This document shows positions 39,485 to 49,926 of a DNA stretch of 64,000 nucleotides, one piece after another. The DNA is from Oligoflexia bacterium (GTDB taxonomy: Bacteria > Bdellovibrionota > UBA1018): NCBI GenBank assembly GCA_963758495.1, contig CAVWVI010000004.1:64001-128000 (forward strand), given 5' to 3'. The position numbers and the translations under genes were made by a program. The notes beneath the pieces were generated by a model, which was given only the letters and a program-made list of their open reading frames with translations, made no database searches and was not told where the DNA came from. Every line of letters begins with the position of its first letter. Position 1 is the stretch's first letter.

Positions 39485-40807
39485 ATGCGGAAAACAAAAA
39501 ACGTACGTCAAAACTTCAAAACTTTACTATTGTTAGGAATTTTCTTTCTCTTTTCTCGAACTGCATTTTCCAATCCAAATGAACTCTTGTTAAGAGCTGT
39601 CATGAATGGAAACCTTCAACAAGTAAGTGAGCTATTAAATCAAGGTGCAAATCCAAATTACCCCTCTACTGATGGATTTGAGACAACCCCTCTCTTCATT
39701 GCCGCAAGCCATGGCTGTACAGATATCTTTAATCTTTTAGTCAGTAAGGGTGCGGATCTAAATCATATTGACCGTACAGGATATACAGCACTCATCTATG
39801 CCGCAGGGAGTGGTCAATTAGAACTGGTCAAAACGATTCTCAATCATCCGGAAGTAAACATAAACCATACTAATAAAACCGGTATGACTGCATTGGATTA
39901 TTCATTGGCTGATAGCATCTATACTCCAACAAGCAAGCCTGCTGAAACTAGAGAATTCTTGATCTCCAGGAAAGCAAAAACACAATTCCAAATACCCATT
40001 CCTTGCTCAAAATCATCGAAAGATTCACCCTGTATTAAACCTGGCTCACCTTCTTTCTCCCAAGAGCATTTTCTGATGGACCCTTCCCTACTACAAACAG
40101 CCGAATCTTTGAATCAGCACTCATTAACCTCAGAGCAAGACACCCATCATCAAGACACCAACTATAATAATTTAACTAAAAGTCTTAAAGAAAATTTGAA
40201 ATTACTGAGCCCATTATCTCAAACCATTAATCAAACCCAATTACGACTAGAATATATTCCTGACTCAAAGCCAAACTCTAGACGGGTAGTAAATGTGATT
40301 TATAATTATTTATCTGACCGCAAGCTTAGGGAAGCAGACGGTGCCATTTTAGAAAAATGTCAATTTGATACATTGCTTCATGGAAAACAATATAATTTCA
40401 TTATATTGCCTTCAGGACAAATTGTATGTGGCCTTGTTGAAAATTCGTGGGAAATTGGAGTAAAACATATAAGCTTAGCCAATAAAAATCTCGTGCTGAT
40501 CGCTGGCGAAGTGCTCATTGATGACCAAGGTAAAATTATCTTCAATCTCAGCAGCGGGGCTTTTACTATGTCTAGGATCGAGCATCAGTCTGAAGCGCAA
40601 AAAAATCAATTTATCGTTGAAAACAGTGAGCTTATTTTAGCTAGTTTAAAGGAATTTTCAAAACCGAATACCTATATTACGTTTGTCCGATATGGATTTC
40701 ATCGAAACCCTCCGGATGCGTCAGAAATTAAAGCTCTTTGCAATAAAGGTGATTTCCGATTCACTAATAGATCCCTATGTAGAGAGATCGCATTTAATGC
40801 ACCTTGA
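39485..40807 (+). CDS. Secreted ankyrin-repeat protein with putative C-terminal effector domain
   Basis: Signal peptide; ankyrin repeats (TPLFIAA, TALIYAA, TALDYS); C-terminal KH.SLA...AGE...FN.SSG motif. Confidence 0.75.
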   Translation: MRKTKNVRQNFKTLLLLGIFFLFSRTAFSNPNELLLRAVMNGNLQQVSELLNQGANPNYPSTDGFETTPLFIAASHGCTDIFNLLVSKGADLNHIDRTGYTALIYAAGSGQLELVKTILNHPEVNINHTNKTGMTALDYSLADSIYTPTSKPAETREFLISRKAKTQFQIPIPCSKSSKDSPCIKPGSPSFSQEHFLMDPSLLQTAESLNQHSLTSEQDTHHQDTNYNNLTKSLKENLKLLSPLSQTINQTQLRLEYIPDSKPNSRRVVNVIYNYLSDRKLREADGAILEKCQFDTLLHGKQYNFIILPSGQIVCGLVENSWEIGVKHISLANKNLVLIAGEVLIDDQGKIIFNLSSGAFTMSRIEHQSEAQKNQFIVENSELILASLKEFSKPNTYITFVRYGFHRNPPDASEIKALCNKGDFRFTNRSLCREIAFNAP

Positions 40808-40876
40808 ATTTCACCCCTAAGTCACTTAAACTGCTTGCATCAAACCAACCCATTGCATCAAAAAATGACGATTTTT

Positions 40877-41425
40877 ATGAATATCAAGAAAAATATAAAT
40901 TCCTTAACTCCACTTTTATTTATGTTAAATCTACTATCACAACTTTATGCCGAAGGAGCACAAATGAATCACTATGAAAAACCCCCTCAAGATAAAATTA
41001 AAAAAATGCTCACCCCCGAACAATACAATGTAACTCAAAATGAAGGAACCGAAAAACCCTTTGAGAATCAATACTGGAATAACCATGAAGATGGAATTTA
41101 CGTCGATATCATTACCGGAGAGCCTCTCTTTAGCTCTCTCGACAAATTTGAATCAGGTACAGGATGGCCGAGCTTTACAAAGCCTATAGAAAAAGAGAAT
41201 ATCAGTGAAAAAACGGAACGAGACTTTACCCTGGGAGAAAGAACGGAAGTTCGCTCCAAGCACGGAGATTCCCATTTAGGACATGTTTTTCCCGATGGAC
41301 CTCGTGACAAAGGTGGATTACGTTACTGCATTAACTCGGCTTCGCTCAGATTCATCCCTGTTTCAAAACTGAAAGAAAACGGTTACGAAAGATTTCTTCC
41401 TTTATTTAACATTAAAAAGAAATAA
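40877..41425 (+). CDS. msrB: Peptide-methionine (R)-S-oxide reductase
   Basis: [42 protein letters not shown]. Possible signal peptide; start uncertain. Confidence 0.93.
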   Translation: MNIKKNINSLTPLLFMLNLLSQLYAEGAQMNHYEKPPQDKIKKMLTPEQYNVTQNEGTEKPFENQYWNNHEDGIYVDIITGEPLFSSLDKFESGTGWPSFTKPIEKENISEKTERDFTLGERTEVRSKHGDSHLGHVFPDGPRDKGGLRYCINSASLRFIPVSKLKENGYERFLPLFNIKKK

Positions 41426-41451
41426 GAAATCTCAAGAACTTAAACAAAGAA

Positions 41452-43536
41452 TCACCATATCACGCAACGATTGACAGGAGCCATTGCCGTCCCAGGCTTA
41501 CATTGAAATGCATCTCCAAACCTGGAGAACTGGGAAAGCGTTCCGTTCACACGAAAACGTGCAGGAGAATGCGGATCCGTTGTCACTAGCATTCGAGTCA
41601 ATTGTTCCTGCTTTTTAGAGCACCAGGACTGAGCAAATGCTAAGAAAAATCGTTGATCCTCCGTAAAACTAGAATTGACGCTACTCGTTTTTTGATGGGT
41701 TTTTAAGTTGTAATTTTGCAAAGCTCGGTAAGCTAGTCGGATTCCGCCATGGTCCGCAATATTCTCTCCTAAGGTCAATTTTCCGTTCAAATGCAAGCCT
41801 GGCAAGCTTTCAAATCCATCGTATTCATGAATGACGCATTCAGCTCGAGTATCAAAGGCCTTTGCAACTGCAGGCGTCCACCAATCCACCAAATTCCCCA
41901 CAGCATCGTAATGTCGCCCCTGATCATCGAAACCATGAGTCAATTCGTGCCCCATAACCATCCCGATCCCACCGTAGTTTGCATCCATACTAAAGTTTCG
42001 ATTAAAGAAAGGTGGCTGTAAAATCCCCGCAGGAAAAACCATCTCATTCATAGAAGGATCGTAATAGGCATTTACGGTAGGAGGCGACATCTCCCAGTCT
42101 TTTCGATCCACTGGTTTACCAATTTTATTTAAATGATAACGAGAGTTAAAGACACCACCCTCAAATAAAGTCTTCAGATAAGATTTTCGATTTACTTCAA
42201 AAGAATCATAATTTCGCCAAACATCTGGGTAACCCACTTTATTCACAATAGCGTGAAGTTTTTTGAGAGCTTGCTTCTTCGTTGCCTCATCCATCCAAGT
42301 CAAATCTTTCAACTCTTCTTGAAAGGAGTTTTCCACATTTTGTATCATTTCCTCAGTAAGCACTTTGCCCTCCGGGCCGTAACTCACTTCAACAAATGAC
42401 CTTCCTAAAGCAAACCCCATTTGCCGATCAATAACACTCACACATCGTTTCCATCTCGCTTCAAGTTTCTTTTGACCTGATAAGGCTTGGGATACAAAAT
42501 GAAAATTTTCATTTACAAACTTCTCTGGCAAAGCAGGTATTGCAGAACTAATCACATGCCACTTGAGATAAAGCTTCAGATCTGAAAGTGTTGCAATAGC
42601 AGGCTGAGTTGCATGCTCTTCCGTTGAGGCAAAGAGTTGATTTAGCCCTACAAAAAACTCTGGGACAGCGACGTTAATAGCGTCGACTTCAGGGGTACCA
42701 CTCTCTTTAAAATATTGATCCCAATTCAATAATGGCACTCTCTCTTTTAAACCTTGCCGCTCGAGCCGGTGATAGATATTAAAAGGGCTCCGACGATCGG
42801 CGCGTGCCATTGAATTTTTTGCAAGAAAAGTCTCGATCTTTAAAATTTTCTGAGCATCTTCTTTTGCCAATTTTGGAGGAGTTCCTAAATATTCCAAAAT
42901 AGTCTGAACATATTTTAAGTAAAGATTTCTAATTTCTAAAGTTTTTGCATCATCCTTCAAATAATAATCTCGATCTGGCAAACTCAGTCCTGCTTGATCC
43001 ACGACCCCAATCACTTGTGTAGCATCTTTAAAGTCTTGTTGATCTCCAAAATCGAAGAGCGCATTTATACCCTTTAAATGAAGCTGAGCCATTAGACTTG
43101 CGATCTGATTTTTAAAATTTAACGAGCTTAATGAGTCTAATTTTCTGAGTTCTTCATTTAACTCAGAAATAGAATTCGTCTCGATGCTTTTCTCATTCAT
43201 ACATGCGGAGTAATAATCTCCTAATTTTTTCGCATAGGGATTTTTGGGCTCTTTAACTTTTCCAGATGAATAATTTTCTAAAATATTTCGGAGAGTACTT
43301 CGATTTTTTTCTCGCATAGCCATAAAACTTCTATCCCAGGCTGGCAAATCGGATGGAATTTCTGCTTCTGCAAGCCATTTTCCACAGGCAAATTGATAAA
43401 AATCATTACAAGGCTGAATAGATCGGTCAATAATAGACTCATCTATTCCTTCAAGGACAGGAACTTTTTCTTTAGCTTGAACAATACCCAAACCCAAAGA
43501 AAACCCAACAATGATTAAAACAGCTTCAGCCCTCAT
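41452..43536 (-). CDS. M13 (neprilysin/PepO-like) metallopeptidase
   Basis: PCNDFYQFACG, VNAYY, HELTH, GENIAD, DPHSP. RBS GGAGG before MRAEAV. Confidence 0.95.
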   Translation of the reverse strand: MRAEAVLIIVGFSLGLGIVQAKEKVPVLEGIDESIIDRSIQPCNDFYQFACGKWLAEAEIPSDLPAWDRSFMAMREKNRSTLRNILENYSSGKVKEPKNPYAKKLGDYYSACMNEKSIETNSISELNEELRKLDSLSSLNFKNQIASLMAQLHLKGINALFDFGDQQDFKDATQVIGVVDQAGLSLPDRDYYLKDDAKTLEIRNLYLKYVQTILEYLGTPPKLAKEDAQKILKIETFLAKNSMARADRRSPFNIYHRLERQGLKERVPLLNWDQYFKESGTPEVDAINVAVPEFFVGLNQLFASTEEHATQPAIATLSDLKLYLKWHVISSAIPALPEKFVNENFHFVSQALSGQKKLEARWKRCVSVIDRQMGFALGRSFVEVSYGPEGKVLTEEMIQNVENSFQEELKDLTWMDEATKKQALKKLHAIVNKVGYPDVWRNYDSFEVNRKSYLKTLFEGGVFNSRYHLNKIGKPVDRKDWEMSPPTVNAYYDPSMNEMVFPAGILQPPFFNRNFSMDANYGGIGMVMGHELTHGFDDQGRHYDAVGNLVDWWTPAVAKAFDTRAECVIHEYDGFESLPGLHLNGKLTLGENIADHGGIRLAYRALQNYNLKTHQKTSSVNSSFTEDQRFFLAFAQSWCSKKQEQLTRMLVTTDPHSPARFRVNGTLSQFSRFGDAFQCKPGTAMAPVNRCVIW

Positions 43537-43791
43537 AACGATTCCTCCATGTAACTGGGGCATCTTATGCGTTCTTGACATTTCCGACAATCCTAAACCT
43601 AATGATTTTTAATAAAAAAATTGACAAGACGCGTCTACGTTTATGCTAAATTATTACATTTTAATTATGTTAATACTTCACATTAATTACCACTAGTTGT
43701 GTAATTATTTTAATTCTTAAACCAATTTAACCCGCTCGAATGACTGGCACTAAACTTGTTAAGTAATTTATCATCAAAACATGAATAACAT

Positions 43792-43841
43792 CCCATGTTA
43801 ACGGGACCTTACTATTTTGACCCCGTTAACATGGGTTTTTT
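43792..43841 (+). promoter_or_regulatory. Terminator-like leader hairpin directly upstream of an RBS
   Basis: Perfect 14-bp stem CCCATGTTAACGGG/CCCGTTAACATGGG with a 16-nt loop and T6, then AAGGAGG. Confidence 0.6.
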
Positions 43842-43857
43842 AAGGAGGCTTATTTAT

Positions 43858-44451
43858 ATGAGAAGAATTTTACTTTTGAGTTTAGCAATGTCCGCTTTTG
43901 CAGCACCCTTAGCTTTTGCGCAGAATCTAGGTGTTCTGAGTAATGAAAAAACACCTCAAAATCTTCTTCCCGCAAGTGAGTTCTTAAAACAACTGGCAGA
44001 ACCTAATGCTATGGAGTCTCGAAATACCGTGACAACACAAGGTAACCACCATGCACTCGATGCTAATCGCGCCCATAATCAAGAGTCAGATTTTTGGGAT
44101 TGGGGAAGCATGTATGGAGCTTATTCATACTTTCCCTATTATTACCCTTCTTATTATTATCCTTACTACAATTATTCTTCCTATTATTATCCAGGTTATT
44201 ATGGATGGGGTTGGCTTGATGATCAGTCCTCAACCACTCATACTCCAACAACGAACGCTCGTTTGCAAACTCCTACCGATCGTGCACATACACCAGTCGT
44301 TTGCTTCTCGTCCGACTCTGCTGGCGCTTGGTTTGCGAGTGCTGATATTGCTTCGAATGTTGCTAACACTCAAGAAGCGGCTAACAACGAATGCCTTGCA
44401 TCCGGTGCAAACTGCTCTCAGAGTTTAGGCTGTGCAGTCGCTCACAGATAA
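43858..44451 (+). CDS. Secreted protein with Tyr-rich segment and Cys-containing (DUF4189-like) C-terminus
   Basis: RBS AGGAGG and signal peptide MRRILLLS...AFA; YFPYYYPSYYYPYYNYSSYYYPGYY; C..S...GAW...EAANNEC...C....GC. Confidence 0.65.
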   Translation: MRRILLLSLAMSAFAAPLAFAQNLGVLSNEKTPQNLLPASEFLKQLAEPNAMESRNTVTTQGNHHALDANRAHNQESDFWDWGSMYGAYSYFPYYYPSYYYPYYNYSSYYYPGYYGWGWLDDQSSTTHTPTTNARLQTPTDRAHTPVVCFSSDSAGAWFASADIASNVANTQEAANNECLASGANCSQSLGCAVAHR

Positions 44452-44473
44452 TAAGAAATTCTATTGTTCTACC

Positions 44474-44518
44474 AATCGCCTACTCGTCTCGACGGGTAGG
44501 CGATTTTATTTCATTTTT
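44474..44518 (+). terminator. Intrinsic terminator
   Basis: AATCGCCTACTCGTC / GACGGGTAGGCGATT stem followed by a T-rich tract, just after the 44451 stop. Confidence 0.8.
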
Positions 44519-44586
44519 ATTATTTTTCTACTGATCTCGTTCGATAGTTCCTAGATAAAGTCGAAGTGCTTCAACAAACTTATGCG

Positions 44587-44936
44587 TTATATCCTGTCCT
44601 TATTATTGGAAATTGAAATAATCACAACGGTACCTCTTCATTCAAATGTAATTCCCGAATTTGCATAAGAACATCCGAACCTCGTGCGTCTGGCAATGAT
44701 AGGTCAAAAGTAATAACACCAAATGAGTGAAAACGACAAAGATCGACTGCTTGAATCCCTGTTGCAGCCGCTTTCACTAAATAACCTGCCTTCTTTAGTA
44801 CATGAACCATCCAACCTCGATCTTTCTCATGATCTTTAACTACCAATACTGTAGCCTTATGACTAGAAGCCCCATAAATTTTTAGAAGTCGAGGATGAGT
44901 GGAAAGAGCGTAAATACATACACCCATTCCACTCAA
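44587..44936 (-). pseudogene. Degenerate response-regulator receiver domain
   Basis: VLVVKD...AATG.QAV...ITFDLSLPD..G. The frame stops at EVPL* but continues in another frame as VVIISISNNKDRI*; no KP motif. Confidence 0.6.
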
Positions 44937-44951
44937 ACATTAGCTCAAACA

Positions 44952-45527
44952 TTAGGATGCTATTTTTTGAGGTTTCCCTTCTTTTTCTATTTCTTTTTCC
45001 TGTCCCAGTAGACGACTCAAAACTCCACCTTTACCTTCTTTAATTTCTATAGTTTTACCTTTTGCCACTTCACCTTTAGGGACGGCAATCCAGAGGACAC
45101 CATCTTTATAGCTGGCCTCTACTTGATCTACATTAATACCGATAGGTAAGGTAAACGACCGCTGAAAGACTCCATAAAATCTTTCACTGTTTAATCGACT
45201 TACTTTTTCCTCTTTGCGGTACCCAGAAACAATAAGTTGACTGTCCCTCACATCAATTTTTACGTCATCTTTAGATATTCCAGGTAGATCAAAACTGAGG
45301 AGGTAGTGAGTATCTGTCTCTTCTATGTCGCATGCTGGCACAGAAACTAAATCTTCTCCACCCCATAAATATGAAGTTGAAAAAGGTGTAAGAAAATCAT
45401 CAAACAATCGTTCCATGCCTCGTTGAAGTCTCGTAATTTCTCGTAAAGGGCTTTGCCCTCCCCATGAACCCAATCGACTTAATCCCGTCTCTTTTTTTCC
45501 CTCAGACAAGCTTCTTTTATTAGCCAT
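44952..45527 (-). CDS. Hsp20/alpha-crystallin small heat-shock protein
   Basis: PACDIEET, DLPG, ERFYGVFQRSFTLP, ASYKDGVL.I.VPK. RBS AGGAG. Confidence 0.93.
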   Translation of the reverse strand: MANKRSLSEGKKETGLSRLGSWGGQSPLREITRLQRGMERLFDDFLTPFSTSYLWGGEDLVSVPACDIEETDTHYLLSFDLPGISKDDVKIDVRDSQLIVSGYRKEEKVSRLNSERFYGVFQRSFTLPIGINVDQVEASYKDGVLWIAVPKGEVAKGKTIEIKEGKGGVLSRLLGQEKEIEKEGKPQKIAS

Positions 45528-45671
45528 AAATGCTCCTTTCCAAAGTCTTTATATACTTAAATCATGCAAAAATTAGACTCGGCTATTTTCTGCCGTTCCT
45601 TTTTGTTATCGACTTGCTATCAATATTGGCCAGACGTTTGCACTCTTCTGAGGAAGGAGAGTTAAATAAAC

Positions 45672-46196
45672 TTGAACCAGTCAAAAACTATACAATCTCT
45701 CGATTCCATAGAATCTCAATTAAAAGAAGAGAAAAATAAGTATCTTTATCTCTATGCTGATTTTCAAAATTTTAAAAAACAGATGATAAAAGAGCGAAGC
45801 GAACTAATTCGTTTTGGATGGCGTCCCATTGCTGAAGAACTACTTCAGATTATCGACAACTTAGAACGTGCAGTTTCTCACTCATCAAAAGAGACTAGCA
45901 ATGCCATGCTTGATGGAATTCAAATGGTACTCAAGCAATTCAAAGCTCTCTTTGAAAAATATGGTATTCAGCCCATTGATACTTTCCAAAAACCTTTTGA
46001 TCCTCATCTTCACGAAGTCATTGGAAAAGAAAACTCAACTCTACCTAAAGACACTATCGTAAAGGAACATATTCGTGGTTATACAATGAATGGGAGCTTG
46101 CTTCGACCTGCAGAAGTTATTGTAAGCGATGGAAATGTAGGCGGTGACCATAAAAAAGACGAAAGTAAAAAAAATCTACAAAATAATACGACTTAA
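45672..46196 (+). CDS. grpE: Nucleotide exchange factor GrpE
   Basis: ADFQNFKK, IDNLERA, FDPHLHE, GY.M...LLRPAEVIV. TTG start after GGAGAG. Confidence 0.88.
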   Translation: MNQSKTIQSLDSIESQLKEEKNKYLYLYADFQNFKKQMIKERSELIRFGWRPIAEELLQIIDNLERAVSHSSKETSNAMLDGIQMVLKQFKALFEKYGIQPIDTFQKPFDPHLHEVIGKENSTLPKDTIVKEHIRGYTMNGSLLRPAEVIVSDGNVGGDHKKDESKKNLQNNTT

Positions 46197-46278
46197 GATT
46201 TCTAATCAAATCATTCGCTGAGCGATCTAATAATTAAGATAAGCAGAAATATCAAGTGACTCTTTCAGTTTAAACCGC

Positions 46279-49200
46279 TTGCCAACTCCACCAAAATCGC
46301 GTATCCGATCGACAGCGATGACCCAGCTCATCACACGCTATTACATAAGAAGTGGGGCAATCTTGACATTCAAAAAAATATCCAAAAAATTTACCTTTTT
46401 TATTTTAGGAGCCGCGCTGCTCAAGCTTGGAGTTCCGACTGAAAGTCAGGCGCACTTGCTCCGAGTAGGAACTCTCCCCTTATCTAATGAAAAAAAACTC
46501 ATTGTTTTGGGAATCGCTCAGCCACAAGGTTCTAAATCTAGCTTTAACTTCAATCACCTTGGATTTGAAGGAGTAGAAATTGATTCTATTAACCCCCAAT
46601 TCTTAATTGAAGCCGATAGAACAGGGGTCCAAAAGGTTCGCTCTTTTGAAATCGAGGACCCTCAGCGTAAAAAACTATTGCCCCCTCTCCTTTTAGATGT
46701 GACCCATGCCAAGAGAACTGAATGGGGCCATTATTTAGGAAATTCTGTTTTTGGCACTGGAAAATCTCTGGGGTTCCCTATTGCTCCGATTTTCATTAAG
46801 CTTGGAGAATATAAAAAGTATCATGAAGATATCCGAAAACTCGAAGCTAACTACCTTTTGACGCTCATTGATCTATCATTAGAGGGCAAATTTCCTGAGT
46901 TTAGAAACTCACTGATTCTAGACCCCCAGAAAGATCCAAATCAAATGGATCTTTTTTTAAGAAAACTAGGTGAAGCTCTCTTAATCCGTTACAATCCAAT
47001 CTCGAATTTGGCAGGATTAATCATTCCCGAAGGCAGAGAAGGTCAATTTTACGAAAATTGGCGTATCACTAAAAGAAAAGACCGAAAACAAAACAGAGGT
47101 GATTTTTTTAGAGATATAGGCAAAGAAGGATTAAAGGCAGCACCCTTCGGTGCAAATTTTGCTTTGGTCTATATTAATCCAAGCGATATTAAAGAGTCAG
47201 TTCGAACTGAAAACTTTATCAACGAGTTTAAGGGATTTGGGACGATTGACGAAAACTATGAAAAAACTCTTAAAGTAATCGGATCTCATTTAAAAGAGGG
47301 CAACCTCATCCCTTCACACCTCATTTCATTTATTAATCCAGCGGGCGAAGTCGATGTCGTGAATTTTATTTCGCCTGCCTTTTTTGAGCAAAGTCTCAAG
47401 ACCTTTGCACAATGGAAAATAAGAAGAGAGTACCTAGGCGGTATGATTCCCTTCACCAATTACCTATTTATAAAACCCATCCAGTACGCCATTGAAAATG
47501 CAACTTACACCAACCGCAAAACAAAATACCTCAATCGACTTGAGTCCTATGGAAATATTCTTGCGCTTTCCGAAACTCATATTCATGATGAAAATGACGC
47601 TCGCTTCCCAAAGGAACTTTCTTTTGAATACCTCTATCAAGTACTTACTGAGCTCAAAGGGCACTCCCTCTCCCGACTTCTAAGACCTACGGAAATCTTA
47701 AATGAACTGATCGCGGTCTTCACAAAAGAAGAAGAAAAGCAAGGAAGACTTCGAGAGTCACTGTCTCCCAGTGAAATAGAAAAAGCTAAATTCTCGCAAT
47801 TTGAACGGCTTAAAAATTTACTTTTTTCCCCCCAAAAAATATCTCGAGGTCCCGCAAGTGGAAGTGCGAAAAAACCTCATTTAGAAGAGAAAACTAACGA
47901 GAGAAATCCAATTATTCTGCTTTTAGTGGATGGCTTACGTTATGATCGATTGATTCAGGCTGCCGACAAAGGGTACTTTCCCCACTTAAAAAAATATTTT
48001 ATTGACCGAGGCACACAGATGGAATCCTATGCTTCTCGGTCACTCACTTTGCCCTCTTGGTCAACCATAATGACAGGCTTTGAACTAGACGTGCATGGCA
48101 TTCGAAGCAATACGCCCACTTCTCGCCTTGAACATAGAATTGCTGAAAATTATCAAGAGCCACCTAAAGATCTCAAGGAATTCACAAGTGGCGCTAAGAA
48201 TCCAGCTTTTAAAAGAATTGAAAATGATAAAACAGGAGAAGAAGGTAAAGTTTGGCTACCAGGTTATTTCACGCCTGAACAAACATTCATAAGTTTTATG
48301 CCCGTTGTTAATGGAGCAAGATCTTCCGTAGTTGGGCTGATCAGTTACTTTTTCGAACACCTATCCGAATTTGCAAATGGATCTCTTTATTTCCCAAGCA
48401 TGCTCGATATCGAAACTGCTGAAACTACCGCAAACGCGATCAAAAATGATCATGAGGGAAAACTCCGACTCATTGTCAATTGGTACTCTGCAGTAGATGA
48501 AGCCTCACATTTTGACAATGATCTTCTTCCCATTGTTTATCAAACGATTGACCAAGGTATTCACTCTATCCTCACCGCCGCTCAACACCACCCTAGTCTT
48601 AAAAATGCGACTGTTTTTTTAATATCAGACCATGGACATACGGCAGGCTATGGGCCGTTTGATGAAAAGATCTTTCAAACAAATACCTCTTCTCAAAATA
48701 GGGAGGTACCGTTATTGGAAAACACGGGGTTTAATATCACCGAATTTCTAGCAGGAGATTATCATGACTACGAACGATATCAATTCGTGGTAGGTGCGGC
48801 TACGGCTCCTGAGCCTAAATACAAACTAGCATTGCTAGATGAGTTTCATCTACAGTCTTTTAAATACATTCACCCCAAAGGAAAAGGACACCCTAACGCG
48901 TTGGTTGATAGCGCAGGAGATAATTTAGTTCAAGTTTACCTCAGAGGAAAAGCAGACGTAGAGAAAAAAGGACACCGAGCAAAATCTAGCTGGAAAAATA
49001 GACTCAGTTTTTATGAGTTATCTCACTTCGAAGGAGCGCGCTGCCTATTAGACATTCCAAGTGATTTACTCGACTTTAGACTCCCTTTTACTCGGCTCAG
49101 CAATGAAACTTTAGCGCAAAACATCTTTAAGCTTACAAATCACCACCCAGTGGATCTATTTGCAATGGCCTTAACTGGAGATGCAGTCGCTCAATCCACT

Positions 49201-49926
49201 ACACGATTTGTGGGCGATCAGGATAGCTCTGGAGCCTGGTTACGCGAGCCTGTTCTTGTCATGACAAGAGGCGATCTACCTGGACAGCATCGGACAGGAT
49301 TGATTTTTATTCGAAGCTTTCCAAATGGTACTGATGAATTCAAATATGTCGTTGTCACACATTTCGATCAACTATCTGACGGACAAATCCTCGGAGAAAC
49401 TTCTGAGGATCCAAAACAAGATCCTTTGGAATATTTAGACACTGTAGGTCATTCTTCATTACTTGCCCAATGGCACACAGATCGAGAATGGCTTCAACTC
49501 GCCCGTCATCATTTTAAACCCACTGCTATCTTTGCGCTTGCGAGAATCCTTACTTTGTCGTCTAAATACATGGATCCACACTCTCCGCTTCTAAGCGAAA
49601 AAATTAAGACTGAGCGCCAAGGAGAGATCCCCGATTTTATTTTAACTGCCAATCCGGGTTACGCATTTCACTCAGACTCTTCATTAGAAAGTGATCACGG
49701 CGGAATCCTACGCGATGAAACGAGGAACTGCTTCTTAGTGAGTTCACTCAATGAAGAAAAATATAAAAAGCATATAGAATCAGAGATCCAGATGTTAAGT
49801 CGAGACTTTATGCCCACGATCCTAGATTATGCTCGAATCAGAGAAGAAGGAAACGATCTCCAAATTTTACCTCAAACCCAAGGCATGAGCTTCAAAGAGG
49901 AGATCGAAAAGTTACAAAAACCTTAA
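46279..49926 (+). CDS. Large alkaline-phosphatase/nucleotide-pyrophosphatase superfamily protein with long unknown N-terminal region
   Basis: LLVDGLR, SLTLPSWSTIMTG, DEASH, ISDHG and SDHGG in the C-terminal half. Start uncertain. Confidence 0.75.
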   Translation: MPTPPKSRIRSTAMTQLITRYYIRSGAILTFKKISKKFTFFILGAALLKLGVPTESQAHLLRVGTLPLSNEKKLIVLGIAQPQGSKSSFNFNHLGFEGVEIDSINPQFLIEADRTGVQKVRSFEIEDPQRKKLLPPLLLDVTHAKRTEWGHYLGNSVFGTGKSLGFPIAPIFIKLGEYKKYHEDIRKLEANYLLTLIDLSLEGKFPEFRNSLILDPQKDPNQMDLFLRKLGEALLIRYNPISNLAGLIIPEGREGQFYENWRITKRKDRKQNRGDFFRDIGKEGLKAAPFGANFALVYINPSDIKESVRTENFINEFKGFGTIDENYEKTLKVIGSHLKEGNLIPSHLISFINPAGEVDVVNFISPAFFEQSLKTFAQWKIRREYLGGMIPFTNYLFIKPIQYAIENATYTNRKTKYLNRLESYGNILALSETHIHDENDARFPKELSFEYLYQVLTELKGHSLSRLLRPTEILNELIAVFTKEEEKQGRLRESLSPSEIEKAKFSQFERLKNLLFSPQKISRGPASGSAKKPHLEEKTNERNPIILLLVDGLRYDRLIQAADKGYFPHLKKYFIDRGTQMESYASRSLTLPSWSTIMTGFELDVHGIRSNTPTSRLEHRIAENYQEPPKDLKEFTSGAKNPAFKRIENDKTGEEGKVWLPGYFTPEQTFISFMPVVNGARSSVVGLISYFFEHLSEFANGSLYFPSMLDIETAETTANAIKNDHEGKLRLIVNWYSAVDEASHFDNDLLPIVYQTIDQGIHSILTAAQHHPSLKNATVFLISDHGHTAGYGPFDEKIFQTNTSSQNREVPLLENTGFNITEFLAGDYHDYERYQFVVGAATAPEPKYKLALLDEFHLQSFKYIHPKGKGHPNALVDSAGDNLVQVYLRGKADVEKKGHRAKSSWKNRLSFYELSHFEGARCLLDIPSDLLDFRLPFTRLSNETLAQNIFKLTNHHPVDLFAMALTGDAVAQSTTRFVGDQDSSGAWLREPVLVMTRGDLPGQHRTGLIFIRSFPNGTDEFKYVVVTHFDQLSDGQILGETSEDPKQDPLEYLDTVGHSSLLAQWHTDREWLQLARHHFKPTAIFALARILTLSSKYMDPHSPLLSEKIKTERQGEIPDFILTANPGYAFHSDSSLESDHGGILRDETRNCFLVSSLNEEKYKKHIESEIQMLSRDFMPTILDYARIREEGNDLQILPQTQGMSFKEEIEKLQKP

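Noticed and set aside
45637..45665. CIRCE-like TTTGCACTC...GAGAGTTAA between hsp20 and grpE
   Set aside because: The spacer is 11 nt instead of 9 and there are three mismatches to TTAGCACTC-N9-GAGTGCTAA.
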